Positions 1 to 8,457 of a stretch of DNA of 36,846 bases are shown here, in pieces. Position 1 is the first letter of the stretch; the number at the start of each line of letters is the position of its first letter. Below the pieces are notes generated by a model. That model did no database searches. It saw only the letters and a list, made by a program, of their open reading frames with translations, and had not been told where the DNA came from. Origin of the DNA: a virus (lineage: Duplodnaviria; Caudoviricetes); the IMG/VR virus record IMGVR_UViG_3300020292_000004, positions 1 through 36,846 of that record; one strand, given 5' to 3'. The position numbers and the translations under genes are program-made.

Positions 1-13
1 CCTTTCGATGCCC
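1..13. repeat. left terminal repeat CCTTTCGATGCCC (candidate cos end or circular overlap)
   Basis: Identical to 36833-36845. The left end continues CCCCA and the right end CCCA, a one-base homopolymer difference. Confidence 0.8.
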
Positions 14-43
14 CACACCCCAAGGCCCAGAAAGGACCCATCA

Positions 44-56
44 ATTCTCAATAAGG
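44..56 (+). repeat. ATTCTCAATAAGG direct repeat, copy 1, flanking the terminus
   Basis: Exact second copy at 36799-36811; the two copies bracket the end junction in the circular form. Confidence 0.6.
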
Positions 57-97
57 ATAGGGATGTTGAGAGGGTACACCATATGTAGTATTTGTTT

Positions 98-895
98 TTA
101 ATATAAAAAGTCTGGGACAGTATCTTTATAAGCACCTTCAAAGTTCTTGTCCCAACGTAAACGAACGGTAGAGCCTAGTACGTCAACAGCTTTGTACCTT
201 TGCTTGTAATCAGTATGTTCAACTGCTTTGAAGATCATCCATAGTTTGTGGTTGTCCTTACGTCTCCAGTAGATACCAGGCGGTCTATCTTTATGCTTAG
301 GCTTACCAATAAAGAAGGTGGGGGAGTCTACGTCCTTACCTTTTTTAATGTCACCTAAAACCTGCCTCCTTTTGGTTGAGACATTGTTATAGATGAACTC
401 CCAAGTCTTAGCCGATACGTTGCCGTACCTATCTATCTTTACCCTACGGTCTACATTGAAATTTTGCTTGACGGGTACTAGCTGGGCGGTGGAACTTATA
501 GAGCCTGAGCTTAAAGGATGATTGATTAGTTTTAATTCTGCTTTCTTTTGTTTTCTTTTTACTCCAGTGATATGTGGAAGGATGAAGCGTGTACGGTCAA
601 AAGGCCAATTCTTAAAGCCAAGCCCAGCGGTTAGGCTGTTTCTATTTGCTTCTTCTGTAAGAAACCAAGCGTTTTGGGTTTGCTTCTTTGGTCGATCTAA
701 AAACCTTGTAGAAGCGTTTTGCATGTATTGATTTACATTTCTTTTAGTACTGCCTGGAATATATCTTTTGCCATTCATGGTGGCATTTAAAGCCTTAGCG
801 CTGATCTTATTAATATTAAATCTGATGGCATTGGTGAGTTGAATGGGAAGGCCTAAGCCTTCAGGGTTTATATCTAGCTCTAAGGATGTTGCCAT
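98..895 (-). CDS. basic phage morphogenesis protein (gpZ/tail-completion-like), upstream of terS in the circular genome
   Basis: ORF 98..925; likely start MATSLEL at 895 because a terminator hairpin overlaps the longer start. Motifs FLDRP, ILPHITG..RKQK, DRYGN, PPGIYWR resemble a lambdoid family I recall next to terminase genes. Confidence 0.5.
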   Translation of the reverse strand: MATSLELDINPEGLGLPIQLTNAIRFNINKISAKALNATMNGKRYIPGSTKRNVNQYMQNASTRFLDRPKKQTQNAWFLTEEANRNSLTAGLGFKNWPFDRTRFILPHITGVKRKQKKAELKLINHPLSSGSISSTAQLVPVKQNFNVDRRVKIDRYGNVSAKTWEFIYNNVSTKRRQVLGDIKKGKDVDSPTFFIGKPKHKDRPPGIYWRRKDNHKLWMIFKAVEHTDYKQRYKAVDVLGSTVRLRWDKNFEGAYKDTVPDFLY

Positions 896-923
896 AGAGT
901 AATGATAATAGAGAAAGCCCATC

Positions 924-949
924 AAAAAAGCCCCCTGATCAAGGAGGCT
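924..949 (-). terminator. intrinsic terminator
   Basis: Minus strand AGCCTCCT-TGATC-AGGGGGCT followed by a T run, just after the stop of 963..1385. Confidence 0.7.
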
Positions 950-962
950 CTTTATTAAATCT

Positions 963-1385
963 CTAAGACTCGCAGCATTGACATTCTGGAGGATGCATTG
1001 GCTTTTCTTGAAGAATACAAGTCATTAGCATAATTGCAGCCTTGCCGCCTGTTTGCTCGTTATTAAATAGCAAAGATACACGATGATTATTTTCTTCTCC
1101 TTCCACCTCAACTAGGTCTTGCATCCAATGGACACCATCTTCAAAAACAGCAACAGCAGATGAATAAAAACAATCTGCATCATGGTCATGCATGTTGACC
1201 TGTCCCATTGAATAACCTATGCCAAGCTCTTGATGCTGAATAATTAATGCCCTGTAATCTGCAAGATCCAAACCAGCAACATCAAAAGCTAAGGAAATAT
1301 AATCTGAAAATTGTTGAACATTTGGACCTAATATAGGTGCTTTGTCTTTTCTGAATTTAGGTTTAGAAGCTTTTTGAGTGGTCAT
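963..1385 (-). CDS. hypothetical protein with C-terminal CQCC
   Basis: ORF track 963..1436; start moved to MTTQK (1385) because a terminator lies at 1406-1426. Confidence 0.65.
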   Translation of the reverse strand: MTTQKASKPKFRKDKAPILGPNVQQFSDYISLAFDVAGLDLADYRALIIQHQELGIGYSMGQVNMHDHDADCFYSSAVAVFEDGVHWMQDLVEVEGEENNHRVSLLFNNEQTGGKAAIMLMTCILQEKPMHPPECQCCES

Positions 1386-1405
1386 GGTAGTAAATATAAG
1401 AGGAC

Positions 1406-1426
1406 AAAAACCCCCATTACGGGGGT
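1406..1426 (-). terminator. intrinsic terminator
   Basis: Minus strand ACCCCC-GTAAT-GGGGGT then TTTT, downstream of 1445..1729. Confidence 0.65.
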
Positions 1427-1444
1427 AATAAATCACTTAATAAT

Positions 1445-1729
1445 TTATTTAGTGATTGGGAAAAGTTCAACAGTTTTAGCTTTGACGTTACCAAACATGT
1501 CAGAAGCATATTTAAAAGTTTGGAAGAAATCTTTTAAAGCTGCTGCTACTTCAAAATCATGGATAGAAACTCTTCTCTCATAATCTGCTTTGTATTCAGA
1601 AAGTGAAATCACATTAGAAGGTTTTTGAGCTTCTAAGAGTTGAATTTCTAAATCTTGAATTTTTTGCTTGGCTTCTCTGTGAAACTGTTTGTACTGAGGC
1701 AAACGAGATTTAGAGTTAATCTCAATCAT
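1445..1729 (-). CDS. hypothetical protein (short coiled coil)
   Basis: 94-aa ORF followed by a terminator. Confidence 0.65.
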   Translation of the reverse strand: MIEINSKSRLPQYKQFHREAKQKIQDLEIQLLEAQKPSNVISLSEYKADYERRVSIHDFEVAAALKDFFQTFKYASDMFGNVKAKTVELFPITK

Positions 1730-1864
1730 TTTTAAAAGGGGGTTAGCGGGTTAAGGGTTTTTATGTGGTGCAGTCGAAACTGGTTAAACCCTGTGAAAAA
1801 CCACCTCACTTGTTTAAGTCTGGAGGGTGACTAAAATTAATATAGCCAAAGAGAAGTAATGAGT

Positions 1865-1886
1865 CAAAGGGAGTAGCAAGGGGAGT
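1865..1886 (+). promoter_or_regulatory. candidate integrase arm-type sites, left arm (CAAAGGGAGT, CAAGGGGAGT)
   Basis: Two 10-bp direct repeats with a 12-bp period, matching the pair at 2099-2120 across the att core. Confidence 0.65.
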
Positions 1887-1937
1887 GAAGGATAAAAAAG
1901 TAGTAATAGTGAGGGATGTATTGTTAATACCTGCTGA

Positions 1938-1979
1938 TTCGTAACCAGTAGGTCAACGGTTCAATTCCGTTCATCGGCA
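1938..1979 (+). other. attP core: 3' half of tRNA-Thr(CGT)
   Basis: Anticodon loop TT-CGT-AA (1938-1944), variable loop AGGTC, T-arm AACGG-TTCAATT-CCGTT, acceptor 3' strand CATCGGC-A. No 5' acceptor strand or D-arm. Lies about 150 bp upstream of the integrase. Confidence 0.88.
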
Positions 1980-1989
1980 TCTAAGTTAT

Positions 1990-2012
1990 AGCCCCACTTT
2001 AGGGGCTTTTTT
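1990..2012 (+). terminator. intrinsic terminator after the tRNA fragment
   Basis: AGCCCC-ACTTTA-GGGGCT followed by a T run. Confidence 0.8.
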
Positions 2013-2055
2013 GTTGTCTATGACTGGGTTTATATATGCGGCTATAGACAGCTTT

Positions 2056-2095
2056 GGTTTACCTGCGTTATCCTCGGTTTACCTACATTCACCAC
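2056..2095 (+). repeat. 10-bp-phased degenerate repeats (candidate Xis/RDF sites)
   Basis: GGTTTACCTG / CGTTATCCTC / GGTTTACCTA / CATTCACCAC, between the core and the right arm sites. Confidence 0.45.
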
Positions 2096-2097
2096 CT

Positions 2098-2120
2098 CCA
2101 AAGGGAGTTCCAAAGGGAGT
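2098..2120 (+). promoter_or_regulatory. candidate integrase arm-type sites, right arm (CCAAAGGGAGT x2)
   Basis: Exact 11-bp direct repeats at 2098-2108 and 2110-2120, immediately before the int start. Confidence 0.65.
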
Positions 2121-2126
2121 AACTAG

Positions 2127-3455
2127 ATGAGAAAGATCCAAAAAAAGTGGGAAACGATTGTTAACGAGTTGAAACAATTGCAAGCCCGTTACATGGTCAG
2201 GAGAGAAAAAAAGACCCCTTGGTTGCAAATATTCGACAAACAGGAAAGAAAACAATTTTCTTTAAAGCCAATTGCAGGTTGGGACAATATGCCAGAAATT
2301 AATAAAGTTGCTGATTTTATAGCTGAATTAGAGAATCAACCTTGGCCTGATATACCAGCAAAAAATTTAATAGAGATTATTGATAACCCTGATCAAACTT
2401 TTTTTGAGTGCAAATACGACTGGAATAAAGTCCAGCTCCTAACGCTCCAGCATATGCTGAATAAAAACAAGGGAATAGATTCAAATGTAAAAGGAGACTT
2501 AAACAGGCTTATAAAATTAAATCCACCTTTTAGGTGGCCTGCAATTAAGTCTTGGGTATATGAAAAAAAGCTGGAATCAAATATGTTTAGAGTTCGGATT
2601 GATTCATTAGCACAAATAAGAATTGCTTTAACTAATCAATATGGAGAAGAGCCTGAATGGTTAAAAGAAGCCGATATAAAAAAGATTAGAGGACTTCATA
2701 AATTAGCTTTTAAAAAAGAGAATGAATTTATTTCTGATGATTCAAGTGTTAGGGGGATACCAACAAAGGAACAATTAGAAGACTATCTACATTCATTAGA
2801 TAAAAAATTTAAATTAGAAAAATTTTGTATAGCTTGCCAAGTTAATTATGGTTTGAGGAACCATGAAATCTTCCATTCATCAATAATCAAAAAAACAAAT
2901 TTAGAAGAGGGTTTATATGAAGGCCATTTATATGTCCCAGGGAAATGGAGAACTAAAAGCTTTGAGCATTTTGTCTGGCCTCTTTATCCTTCATGGATAG
3001 AGGAATTTAATTTAATAAAAGACTTTGAAGAGATGCAAGAACGATTAAGAGCAAGAGTGAAAATGAATATAGTTAGTGCATTTGATAAACAAAAGGAATG
3101 GAGAGAAGGGAACCCACAAGATAGAGGGGTTTGTATCAACAATAGAACGCTTGGAAGTTGGTTAACAAAAAGGATGAAAAATTATTTACCGCCTTTGGTT
3201 GGTTCCGTACCAGACGCTGAAGGATTACCAAATCAAGAATATAAAGAACAAAGAATTACACCATATGACTTTAGACATACATGGGCGGTAAGGATGGCAA
3301 CTGATGAAAGGTGCAAAGGTATTACAGACGAACAAGCAGCTAAAGCCATGGGCCATTCCTTAGAAGTACATCAAAGGATTTATCAAAAGTGGGTAAGTAA
3401 AACAGAAGCTAGAAAGTTATATATGAATCAAATTAATTTCCCGTCTGATATATAA
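2127..3455 (+). CDS. int: tyrosine recombinase / phage integrase
   Basis: YGLRNHE (R), TKS (K), YDFRHTWA (R-H, H-x-x-R variant), MGHS (H), IYQKW (Y); adjacent to attP. Confidence 0.92.
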   Translation: MRKIQKKWETIVNELKQLQARYMVRREKKTPWLQIFDKQERKQFSLKPIAGWDNMPEINKVADFIAELENQPWPDIPAKNLIEIIDNPDQTFFECKYDWNKVQLLTLQHMLNKNKGIDSNVKGDLNRLIKLNPPFRWPAIKSWVYEKKLESNMFRVRIDSLAQIRIALTNQYGEEPEWLKEADIKKIRGLHKLAFKKENEFISDDSSVRGIPTKEQLEDYLHSLDKKFKLEKFCIACQVNYGLRNHEIFHSSIIKKTNLEEGLYEGHLYVPGKWRTKSFEHFVWPLYPSWIEEFNLIKDFEEMQERLRARVKMNIVSAFDKQKEWREGNPQDRGVCINNRTLGSWLTKRMKNYLPPLVGSVPDAEGLPNQEYKEQRITPYDFRHTWAVRMATDERCKGITDEQAAKAMGHSLEVHQRIYQKWVSKTEARKLYMNQINFPSDI

Positions 3456-3547
3456 GGAACCAATAGGCGGTGGCTTTCGCAAAACAAACACCACCCGCTA
3501 AAGTGTTATCTGCAATTCAAAAGCCAGCCAACAGGATAATACTCCTC

Positions 3548-3886
3548 TTATCTTTCAATAGTTGAATATTTACCAAGGCGTTGAAGTTTTTCTGAATATT
3601 GCCGCCAAGCCTTATTGGATATACTTGGGTGACAATAATTAGAATATAAATAAATAATTTTAGTATTTTTATCTATATCTTGATGAAGGCTAAGAAATTT
3701 CATTTGAGGCAAAGTTAATCTTTTTATTCGGGCATTTGCTGGCACTTTTTCATATTCAGCCCAACCATCTTTAGTGGCATGATTAAAAGGTTTGTAATCT
3801 CTATTTAAAGGAATCCAACCACCAATATCATCCTCCATTTTTTGAAGGCAATAAGGCAAAAGCTGATAAGTATATTCAAGTCTCAT
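3548..3886 (-). CDS. hypothetical protein
   Basis: 112-aa ORF, last gene of a tightly packed leftward operon. Confidence 0.7.
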   Translation of the reverse strand: MRLEYTYQLLPYCLQKMEDDIGGWIPLNRDYKPFNHATKDGWAEYEKVPANARIKRLTLPQMKFLSLHQDIDKNTKIIYLYSNYCHPSISNKAWRQYSEKLQRLGKYSTIER

Positions 3887-3890
3887 AAAA

Positions 3891-4232
3891 CTATTTATAT
3901 TTTTTTATTGTTTTAGAAATTAATTTTAGAACTTTTTTTTCATCATAGTTGTAAATCAAAAATTCACTTATATCTGCACCAGTTAATAAATTTAAGAGGA
4001 ACGCTCTTAAAGAAAAATTCCCCCATTTGTCTCTTAGCCTTAGTTTATTTCCTTGTAAAGCGCATGTTCCTTTATGGTAAAAACGATATGTTTGTTTTAT
4101 TTTTTCAGACCGAGAGGAATAAGGAAAATCAACAACCCCATTTAAATCTTTGATTGGCTCACCGCAATAATCGCAAGCAAAATAAAAATTAATTGAAGGA
4201 TCTTTATCTGTACCAGTATTTTTGATAGGCAT
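3891..4232 (-). CDS. hypothetical protein, possible Zn-binding (CDYC...HKGTC)
   Basis: 113-aa ORF with CxxC and HxxxC. Confidence 0.7.
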   Translation of the reverse strand: MPIKNTGTDKDPSINFYFACDYCGEPIKDLNGVVDFPYSSRSEKIKQTYRFYHKGTCALQGNKLRLRDKWGNFSLRAFLLNLLTGADISEFLIYNYDEKKVLKLISKTIKKYK

Positions 4233-4234
4233 AA

Positions 4235-4987
4235 TTAAGCAACGTAATGTTTTACTAAGTAACCTGGGAGTTTAGCTTTATCTCCTCTTTTAATAAAATA
4301 CATACACAAATTTATCCATTGTTGTCTATAAACCTTGGTAATATCATGATAACTTTGAGCTGTATATATCTTTTGACATGAAAGAGTAGGTAAGCCAACA
4401 GATTTAGGAGCAATTGTTTTTAAAAAGTAAGATAGATTTCTGTCTTTATCCCTGTGTGATTGAGAATAGCCATCTGTTTTAACCATCCTTTGATGAAATT
4501 TAAAAACATAGTTCAAAAGTCTACTAATGTTGTCTGGATCAATCTTTTTTCTAGCTAACTTTGCTTCTTTTTCTGGTTCTTTATCTTTCCAGTTCAATGG
4601 CTCAGCTTCTACCCTTGGAAGTTTTTCAATAACTGGAGATGGAACAGGTCTAAAAGCTTTAGGTTTAGATGGTTTCTCTTCTTCTATTAGTTCTTCTATT
4701 GGTTCAGGAACAGCAAGAGCTTCTTTTTTTTTAGCTGCTTCTTTAGCGTGAATAGCTTTTAACTGTTCAGGAGAAATAGAAGGTATATCAACCTCTCTTC
4801 TAATGTTAGTGAATTGATTGAGTGTTAATTGTACACGCCAAATTTCGGTTTCCTGTTTATCAATATTTTCTTCTTTAAAAATAATATAAATAATATCACC
4901 TATATTTTCTATTTCAGAAATCTTCGCATCAGAAAAATCAAGAATTGATTGTTTAGTGATGACTTCTTTTTGGTTAAATAAAATCAT
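4235..4987 (-). CDS. hypothetical protein with Pro/Glu/Lys-rich linker
   Basis: 250-aa ORF, ATGA overlap with the upstream gene. Confidence 0.75.
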   Translation of the reverse strand: MILFNQKEVITKQSILDFSDAKISEIENIGDIIYIIFKEENIDKQETEIWRVQLTLNQFTNIRREVDIPSISPEQLKAIHAKEAAKKKEALAVPEPIEELIEEEKPSKPKAFRPVPSPVIEKLPRVEAEPLNWKDKEPEKEAKLARKKIDPDNISRLLNYVFKFHQRMVKTDGYSQSHRDKDRNLSYFLKTIAPKSVGLPTLSCQKIYTAQSYHDITKVYRQQWINLCMYFIKRGDKAKLPGYLVKHYVA

Positions 4988-5391
4988 TTTTTAAAACCTT
5001 TTTTAGAATTGTTTTTAAAATCTTTGACAAAATTTACTTGACGAAATAATTGTTTTTGATAATAAATTGGAGTCTTATCATCAACAGCAGCCAGCTCAAA
5101 CATCTCAAAATTTATAGGAATTATTGCTCTAGTATCACTGCTTATTCTAAAACAATTCATTGCTACACATTCTTCCCCTTGGCAACTTTTAAGGATGATT
5201 TTTTTTTCATAAATTTCTAATTCATCTTCATAAGGTGATCTTAGAAAATTACTAATCTTATATTTTTTAAAAACTGCCAAATCTTTCCACATAAATTTTT
5301 CTCTTAATTCACCTATTTCTGGATGAATACTTTCTGTTGATATTTTTCCATTCTGAATCTTTGAGACTTTGCCTTTGTAGTCTTTAATCAT
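4984..5391 (-). CDS. hypothetical protein
   Basis: 135-aa ORF coupled to its neighbours. Confidence 0.7.
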   Translation of the reverse strand: MIKDYKGKVSKIQNGKISTESIHPEIGELREKFMWKDLAVFKKYKISNFLRSPYEDELEIYEKKIILKSCQGEECVAMNCFRISSDTRAIIPINFEMFELAAVDDKTPIYYQKQLFRQVNFVKDFKNNSKKGFKK

Positions 5392-5473
5392 TTTTTTTCC
5401 TCCAATGTTTAATTAGTGTTTTTAGTTCTTGGATACGCCGTTCGGCTTGTGCAATTTTTTCAACCCTGTTCAT
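5384..5473 (-). CDS. 29-aa helical peptide MNRVEKIAQAERRIQELKTLIKHWRKKND
   Basis: Translated by hand, below the ORF-track cut-off. Fills the gap exactly and overlaps both neighbours. Confidence 0.6.
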   Translation of the reverse strand: MNRVEKIAQAERRIQELKTLIKHWRKKND

Positions 5474-5676
5474 CTATAAACAACAGAGCTAGATAAAATC
5501 TTTTCACATTTTTCTAGATGCCAAACCTTGGGACTTTTTGGGTTGGCTGGGTTTATGTCTCTATAATCAGTACCTTTTTTAAAAGATTTAATTCTTCTCA
5601 TTAAAGTCTGTCTAGAAATTCTCATGTACTTGAGAAGTTCTTTAGTTGTCACCCAGGGGGAAGTAAGGGTTGTCAT
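5470..5676 (-). CDS. xis: excisionase-like winged-HTH protein
   Basis: WVTTKELLKYMRISRQTLMRRIK is an HTH_17/MerR-like pattern; small and basic; likely start MTTLTS at 5676. Confidence 0.6.
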   Translation of the reverse strand: MTTLTSPWVTTKELLKYMRISRQTLMRRIKSFKKGTDYRDINPANPKSPKVWHLEKCEKILSSSVVYR

Positions 5677-5698
5677 TGCGTAATGGTAATAAGAAGGA

Positions 5699-6061
5699 TT
5701 AATAAATATTGTTGTTATCAAATGATTTTTGCTTAGTAAAAGGAGTCACATTTGAATTAGTTGATTCCAGCTTTGGTGGTAGATCAAAATCATTAACCGT
5801 TAACTCTAAACTCGTTCCTTCTGTTCCGTCGTTCTTCTCATATGTTCTTTGAAGAAGTTTTCCTATTAGCGTAACTTTTGAGCCTTTTTTAAAAGTATCT
5901 AAAACAAGGGAAGAAGGTTTACCAAAAACGGCACAATTCAACCAAACGGTGTCACCCTTCCAAGTGCGAACACCTAATGTAAATTTTGCACCAGGGATAG
6001 TACCAGCTTGAAATGATTCTGGATCTTTACCGAGGTTTCCAACTGCTGTGACATTTAACAT
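5699..6061 (-). CDS. ssb: single-stranded DNA-binding protein
   Basis: VTAVGNLGKDPE, WLNCAVFGK, KKGSKVTLIGKL, YEKNDG OB-fold motifs. Confidence 0.93.
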   Translation of the reverse strand: MLNVTAVGNLGKDPESFQAGTIPGAKFTLGVRTWKGDTVWLNCAVFGKPSSLVLDTFKKGSKVTLIGKLLQRTYEKNDGTEGTSLELTVNDFDLPPKLESTNSNVTPFTKQKSFDNNNIY

Positions 6062-6070
6062 TGTTTTTGA

Positions 6071-6235
6071 TTAATTTTTTTTGTAGTAGTTAGTTAAGTA
6101 AATTGTGAGAATTTCTTTAACGGCAGGACTCACTTGTTCATGGCCCTTATCAATCATGTACTGTCTAAAGAGTTTAAATAAGTCTCTAGAGATACGACCA
6201 AAGACAGTTGGATAAGTTGGATCATGATTTTTCAT
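6071..6235 (-). CDS. 54-aa ribbon-helix-helix-like protein
   Basis: Hand-translated MKNHDPTYPTVFGRISRDLFKLFRQYMIDKGHEQVSPAVKEILTIYLTNYYKKN; strand-helix-helix pattern; fills the gap between ssb and the annealase. Confidence 0.6.
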   Translation of the reverse strand: MKNHDPTYPTVFGRISRDLFKLFRQYMIDKGHEQVSPAVKEILTIYLTNYYKKN

Positions 6236-6238
6236 TAT

Positions 6239-6967
6239 TTAAAATGGAATTTCATTTAAAGCTTTTGATTTATCGTCTATTACTTGTGCTATAAATTCTC
6301 CTTGAGGTTTAAATAATAAATTCTTTGACCAATATTTCTCAGAATCAATATTTTTAGATCCAATAAATTTTTTATCAAAAACTTCAATCAACCATTTAGA
6401 TAAATCTGGATGTTGTTTATTAAAGGCTTTGATTAAAGCTATAAATGTACCTTTTTCTGATTGGTCTAATCTTTCACCAAAACCATTATTTATATCTGAT
6501 TCTTTTGGTTCAGGTTTTACGAGCTGTAGCGGTTGAGTATTAGTAACGGTATTAGTCAAAAGTGTTTCTTGTACTTCCTCTTGACTCCACATTTCATGAG
6601 CTAAGGCAAAAGTAAAACAACTACAAGCGCAATAAGCGCGTCTGTGATTATCGGTAAGAATTCGAGATGAAATATCTTTAAAAGCTACGGGGTGATTTTT
6701 ATGATTCATTATTGGATATGGAAAATCTGCTGTTTGCTCATTATCTGGGCCGGTGAAATAACAAACAAAAAAGCCAGTACCGTTAGGAGCTGCCCAAACA
6801 TAATTGGAGCTTTCACTCATTCTTAAATTAAATTCCCAGCCTGGGGCGTGTTGTTTTAAAAGCTGAGTAGTTTTAGCCCAGGATATGTAATCAATTTGAT
6901 GTGACCCCATATTTATATGGTTAACATCTGCTTTTGTTATTAATCCTGATAGATCGGGGATTGTCAT
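6239..6967 (-). CDS. Sak/Rad52-like single-strand annealing protein (DUF1071-like)
   Basis: YISWAK..QLLK, PIMNHKN, RRAYC motifs; upstream of ssb; ends EIPF. Confidence 0.75.
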   Translation of the reverse strand: MTIPDLSGLITKADVNHINMGSHQIDYISWAKTTQLLKQHAPGWEFNLRMSESSNYVWAAPNGTGFFVCYFTGPDNEQTADFPYPIMNHKNHPVAFKDISSRILTDNHRRAYCACSCFTFALAHEMWSQEEVQETLLTNTVTNTQPLQLVKPEPKESDINNGFGERLDQSEKGTFIALIKAFNKQHPDLSKWLIEVFDKKFIGSKNIDSEKYWSKNLLFKPQGEFIAQVIDDKSKALNEIPF

Positions 6968-7174
6968 TTATGCGGGTGGATTTTGTATGGTTTTTAAAGC
7001 TCGTTTTAAAGCTTCTTGATGAGAGAGGATAACTTCCTTTTGTTCCTCTGTTAGATGAGAGATATAGGGATTACATTCATTAAAAGTTCTTTCACAAGAT
7101 AAAAGCTCTTGACAAGTACGATCAAAAACGGAATTCATATAGTCATAAACACCAAACTGGCTATCAGGTGGCAA
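6968..7174 (-). CDS. hypothetical protein
   Basis: 68-aa ORF (TTG start) abutting the annealase. Confidence 0.55.
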   Translation of the reverse strand: MPPDSQFGVYDYMNSVFDRTCQELLSCERTFNECNPYISHLTEEQKEVILSHQEALKRALKTIQNPPA

Positions 7175-7279
7175 AATTTAAAAGCTGTTACGCAAAGACT
7201 ATCAAAAGTTGTCAACAAGTCAAATCCTATTTTTGAGATAAGTATTGATTATCTTTGAATCAGTAGCAAATGCTATCTC

Positions 7280-7999
7280 TTATGCAACTAAATCTATCAA
7301 TTTTAAATGTGCGTTTTCCAGTTCTTTAGGTAAAGGCTGATCAACAAGAGATCTATAAGCACAAACCATTGGACATTCCTTATATTTATTGAAAACAAAT
7401 TTAACTTGTTCTTCTGTTAGTTTTACATCACCGATCAGAACAGACTGGGCCAACTTTAATACTTCCTTTTCTTCAACTCTTTTGATTGACTTTGTTTTTT
7501 TTATTTCGTTCCAAGTCTCTTTGTTGCTCATCATGTTCTCAGCTCCAATCCATCGGAAAGTAGAAGCCAAAGCCGTTGAAAATTCATCTAACAAATCATC
7601 TGTGATTTTTTCAGCTTTTGCATAAAGAGAATTAACAGGCTGGAGACCTTCAAAGATTTCTATAAAATCAATCATTGTAGGAATACGCCCATCATGGGTT
7701 AAATATGGTTTCGCATTTTTTAAACGCTCTCTAAGTTTTAATTCTGGTACATAAAAAAAGTTTTCTTCTTCATTTAATTCATGCATCATTCCCGCTAAGG
7801 ATTTATACACCTGCAAAAATGGTTCAATTGTGTCATTTTCTAATTTATGCATTTGTGAATTATGCGGGCCTTTACCACCTCGATAATGATTAAATTTATG
7901 TTCATCTTGTATTGATAGTTCAGTAAATTTTTTACGCCAGACACCAAGGCTTTTTAAGTTGCCTCTTTTTTTATGATCGAGTTGCTCCCTTATAACCAT
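7280..7999 (-). CDS. candidate immunity regulator (degenerate XRE-HTH-like N-terminus)
   Basis: First large leftward gene at the divergence point; HNSQMHKLENDTIEP resembles an XRE recognition helix; likely ATG at 7999. Confidence 0.45.
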   Translation of the reverse strand: MVIREQLDHKKRGNLKSLGVWRKKFTELSIQDEHKFNHYRGGKGPHNSQMHKLENDTIEPFLQVYKSLAGMMHELNEEENFFYVPELKLRERLKNAKPYLTHDGRIPTMIDFIEIFEGLQPVNSLYAKAEKITDDLLDEFSTALASTFRWIGAENMMSNKETWNEIKKTKSIKRVEEKEVLKLAQSVLIGDVKLTEEQVKFVFNKYKECPMVCAYRSLVDQPLPKELENAHLKLIDLVA

Positions 8000-8167
8000 G
8001 GAAGAAGTAATCCTTACGCAACAAGATACCAAAAATTGTTGACAAAACTAGTATTTATTATTACTTAACAATCAAAAGCTAGTTAACGCCTGAAGTTAGA
8101 AAAAATTTTGAAACAATAACAGTGAATGATGTTGTATTAATTACGACCTATTTAACATTGAGCAACA

Positions 8168-8329
8168 TTAATGTAATTTTTGTTTCTTGCCCGTTTCCCA
8201 TCTTCTTAGTTCGCTTCTTAAGCGTTCGTTGTCATAAAGAAGATCAACAAGTAAAGAATGTGGATCATCACAAGATATTAGATCTTGTCTTAAAGCTTTC
8301 TTTCTGGCCTCGGTGGAGTAGGACAACAC
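8168..8329 (-). CDS. possible 53-aa protein (GTG start)
   Basis: Hand-translated MLSYSTEARKKALRQDLISCDDPHSLLVDLLYDNERLRSELRRWETGKKQKLH; more protein-like than the overlapping + ORF. Confidence 0.35.
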   Translation of the reverse strand: MLSYSTEARKKALRQDLISCDDPHSLLVDLLYDNERLRSELRRWETGKKQKLH

Positions 8330-8385
8330 CTAACTGCTTTGGGTCTTAGGTAAATATTAACATATTTCAATTTGTAAAATATTCA

Positions 8386-8427
8386 TTACGTAACAGCATT
8401 GACAGCACCTAGTCCATAGGGCATGTT
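8386..8427 (+). promoter_or_regulatory. candidate rightward early promoter/operator
   Basis: Palindrome TTACGTAA (8386-8393) next to a perfect TTGACA (8399-8404); only a weak -10 (CATGTT) at 17 bp. Confidence 0.35.
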
Positions 8428-8457
8428 TAGCCCTCACTCATCCAATCAAGGGAGGAA

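Noticed and set aside
1738-1762. Telomere-like GGGTTA run / G-quadruplex
   Set aside because: Only three G3+ tracts; more simply the C/A-rich leader of the minus-strand gene starting at 1729.
1905-1979. Complete phage tRNA-Thr gene
   Set aside because: No 5' acceptor strand complementary to CATCGGC and no D-arm; only the 3' half is present, as expected for attP.
3464-3500. sib-like hairpin downstream of int
   Set aside because: Imperfect stem with a long loop and no T tract; too weak to call.
8122-8349. Plus-strand 75-aa ORF as a Cro homologue
   Set aside because: No HTH pattern and atypical composition; the opposite-strand 53-aa frame looks more protein-like.
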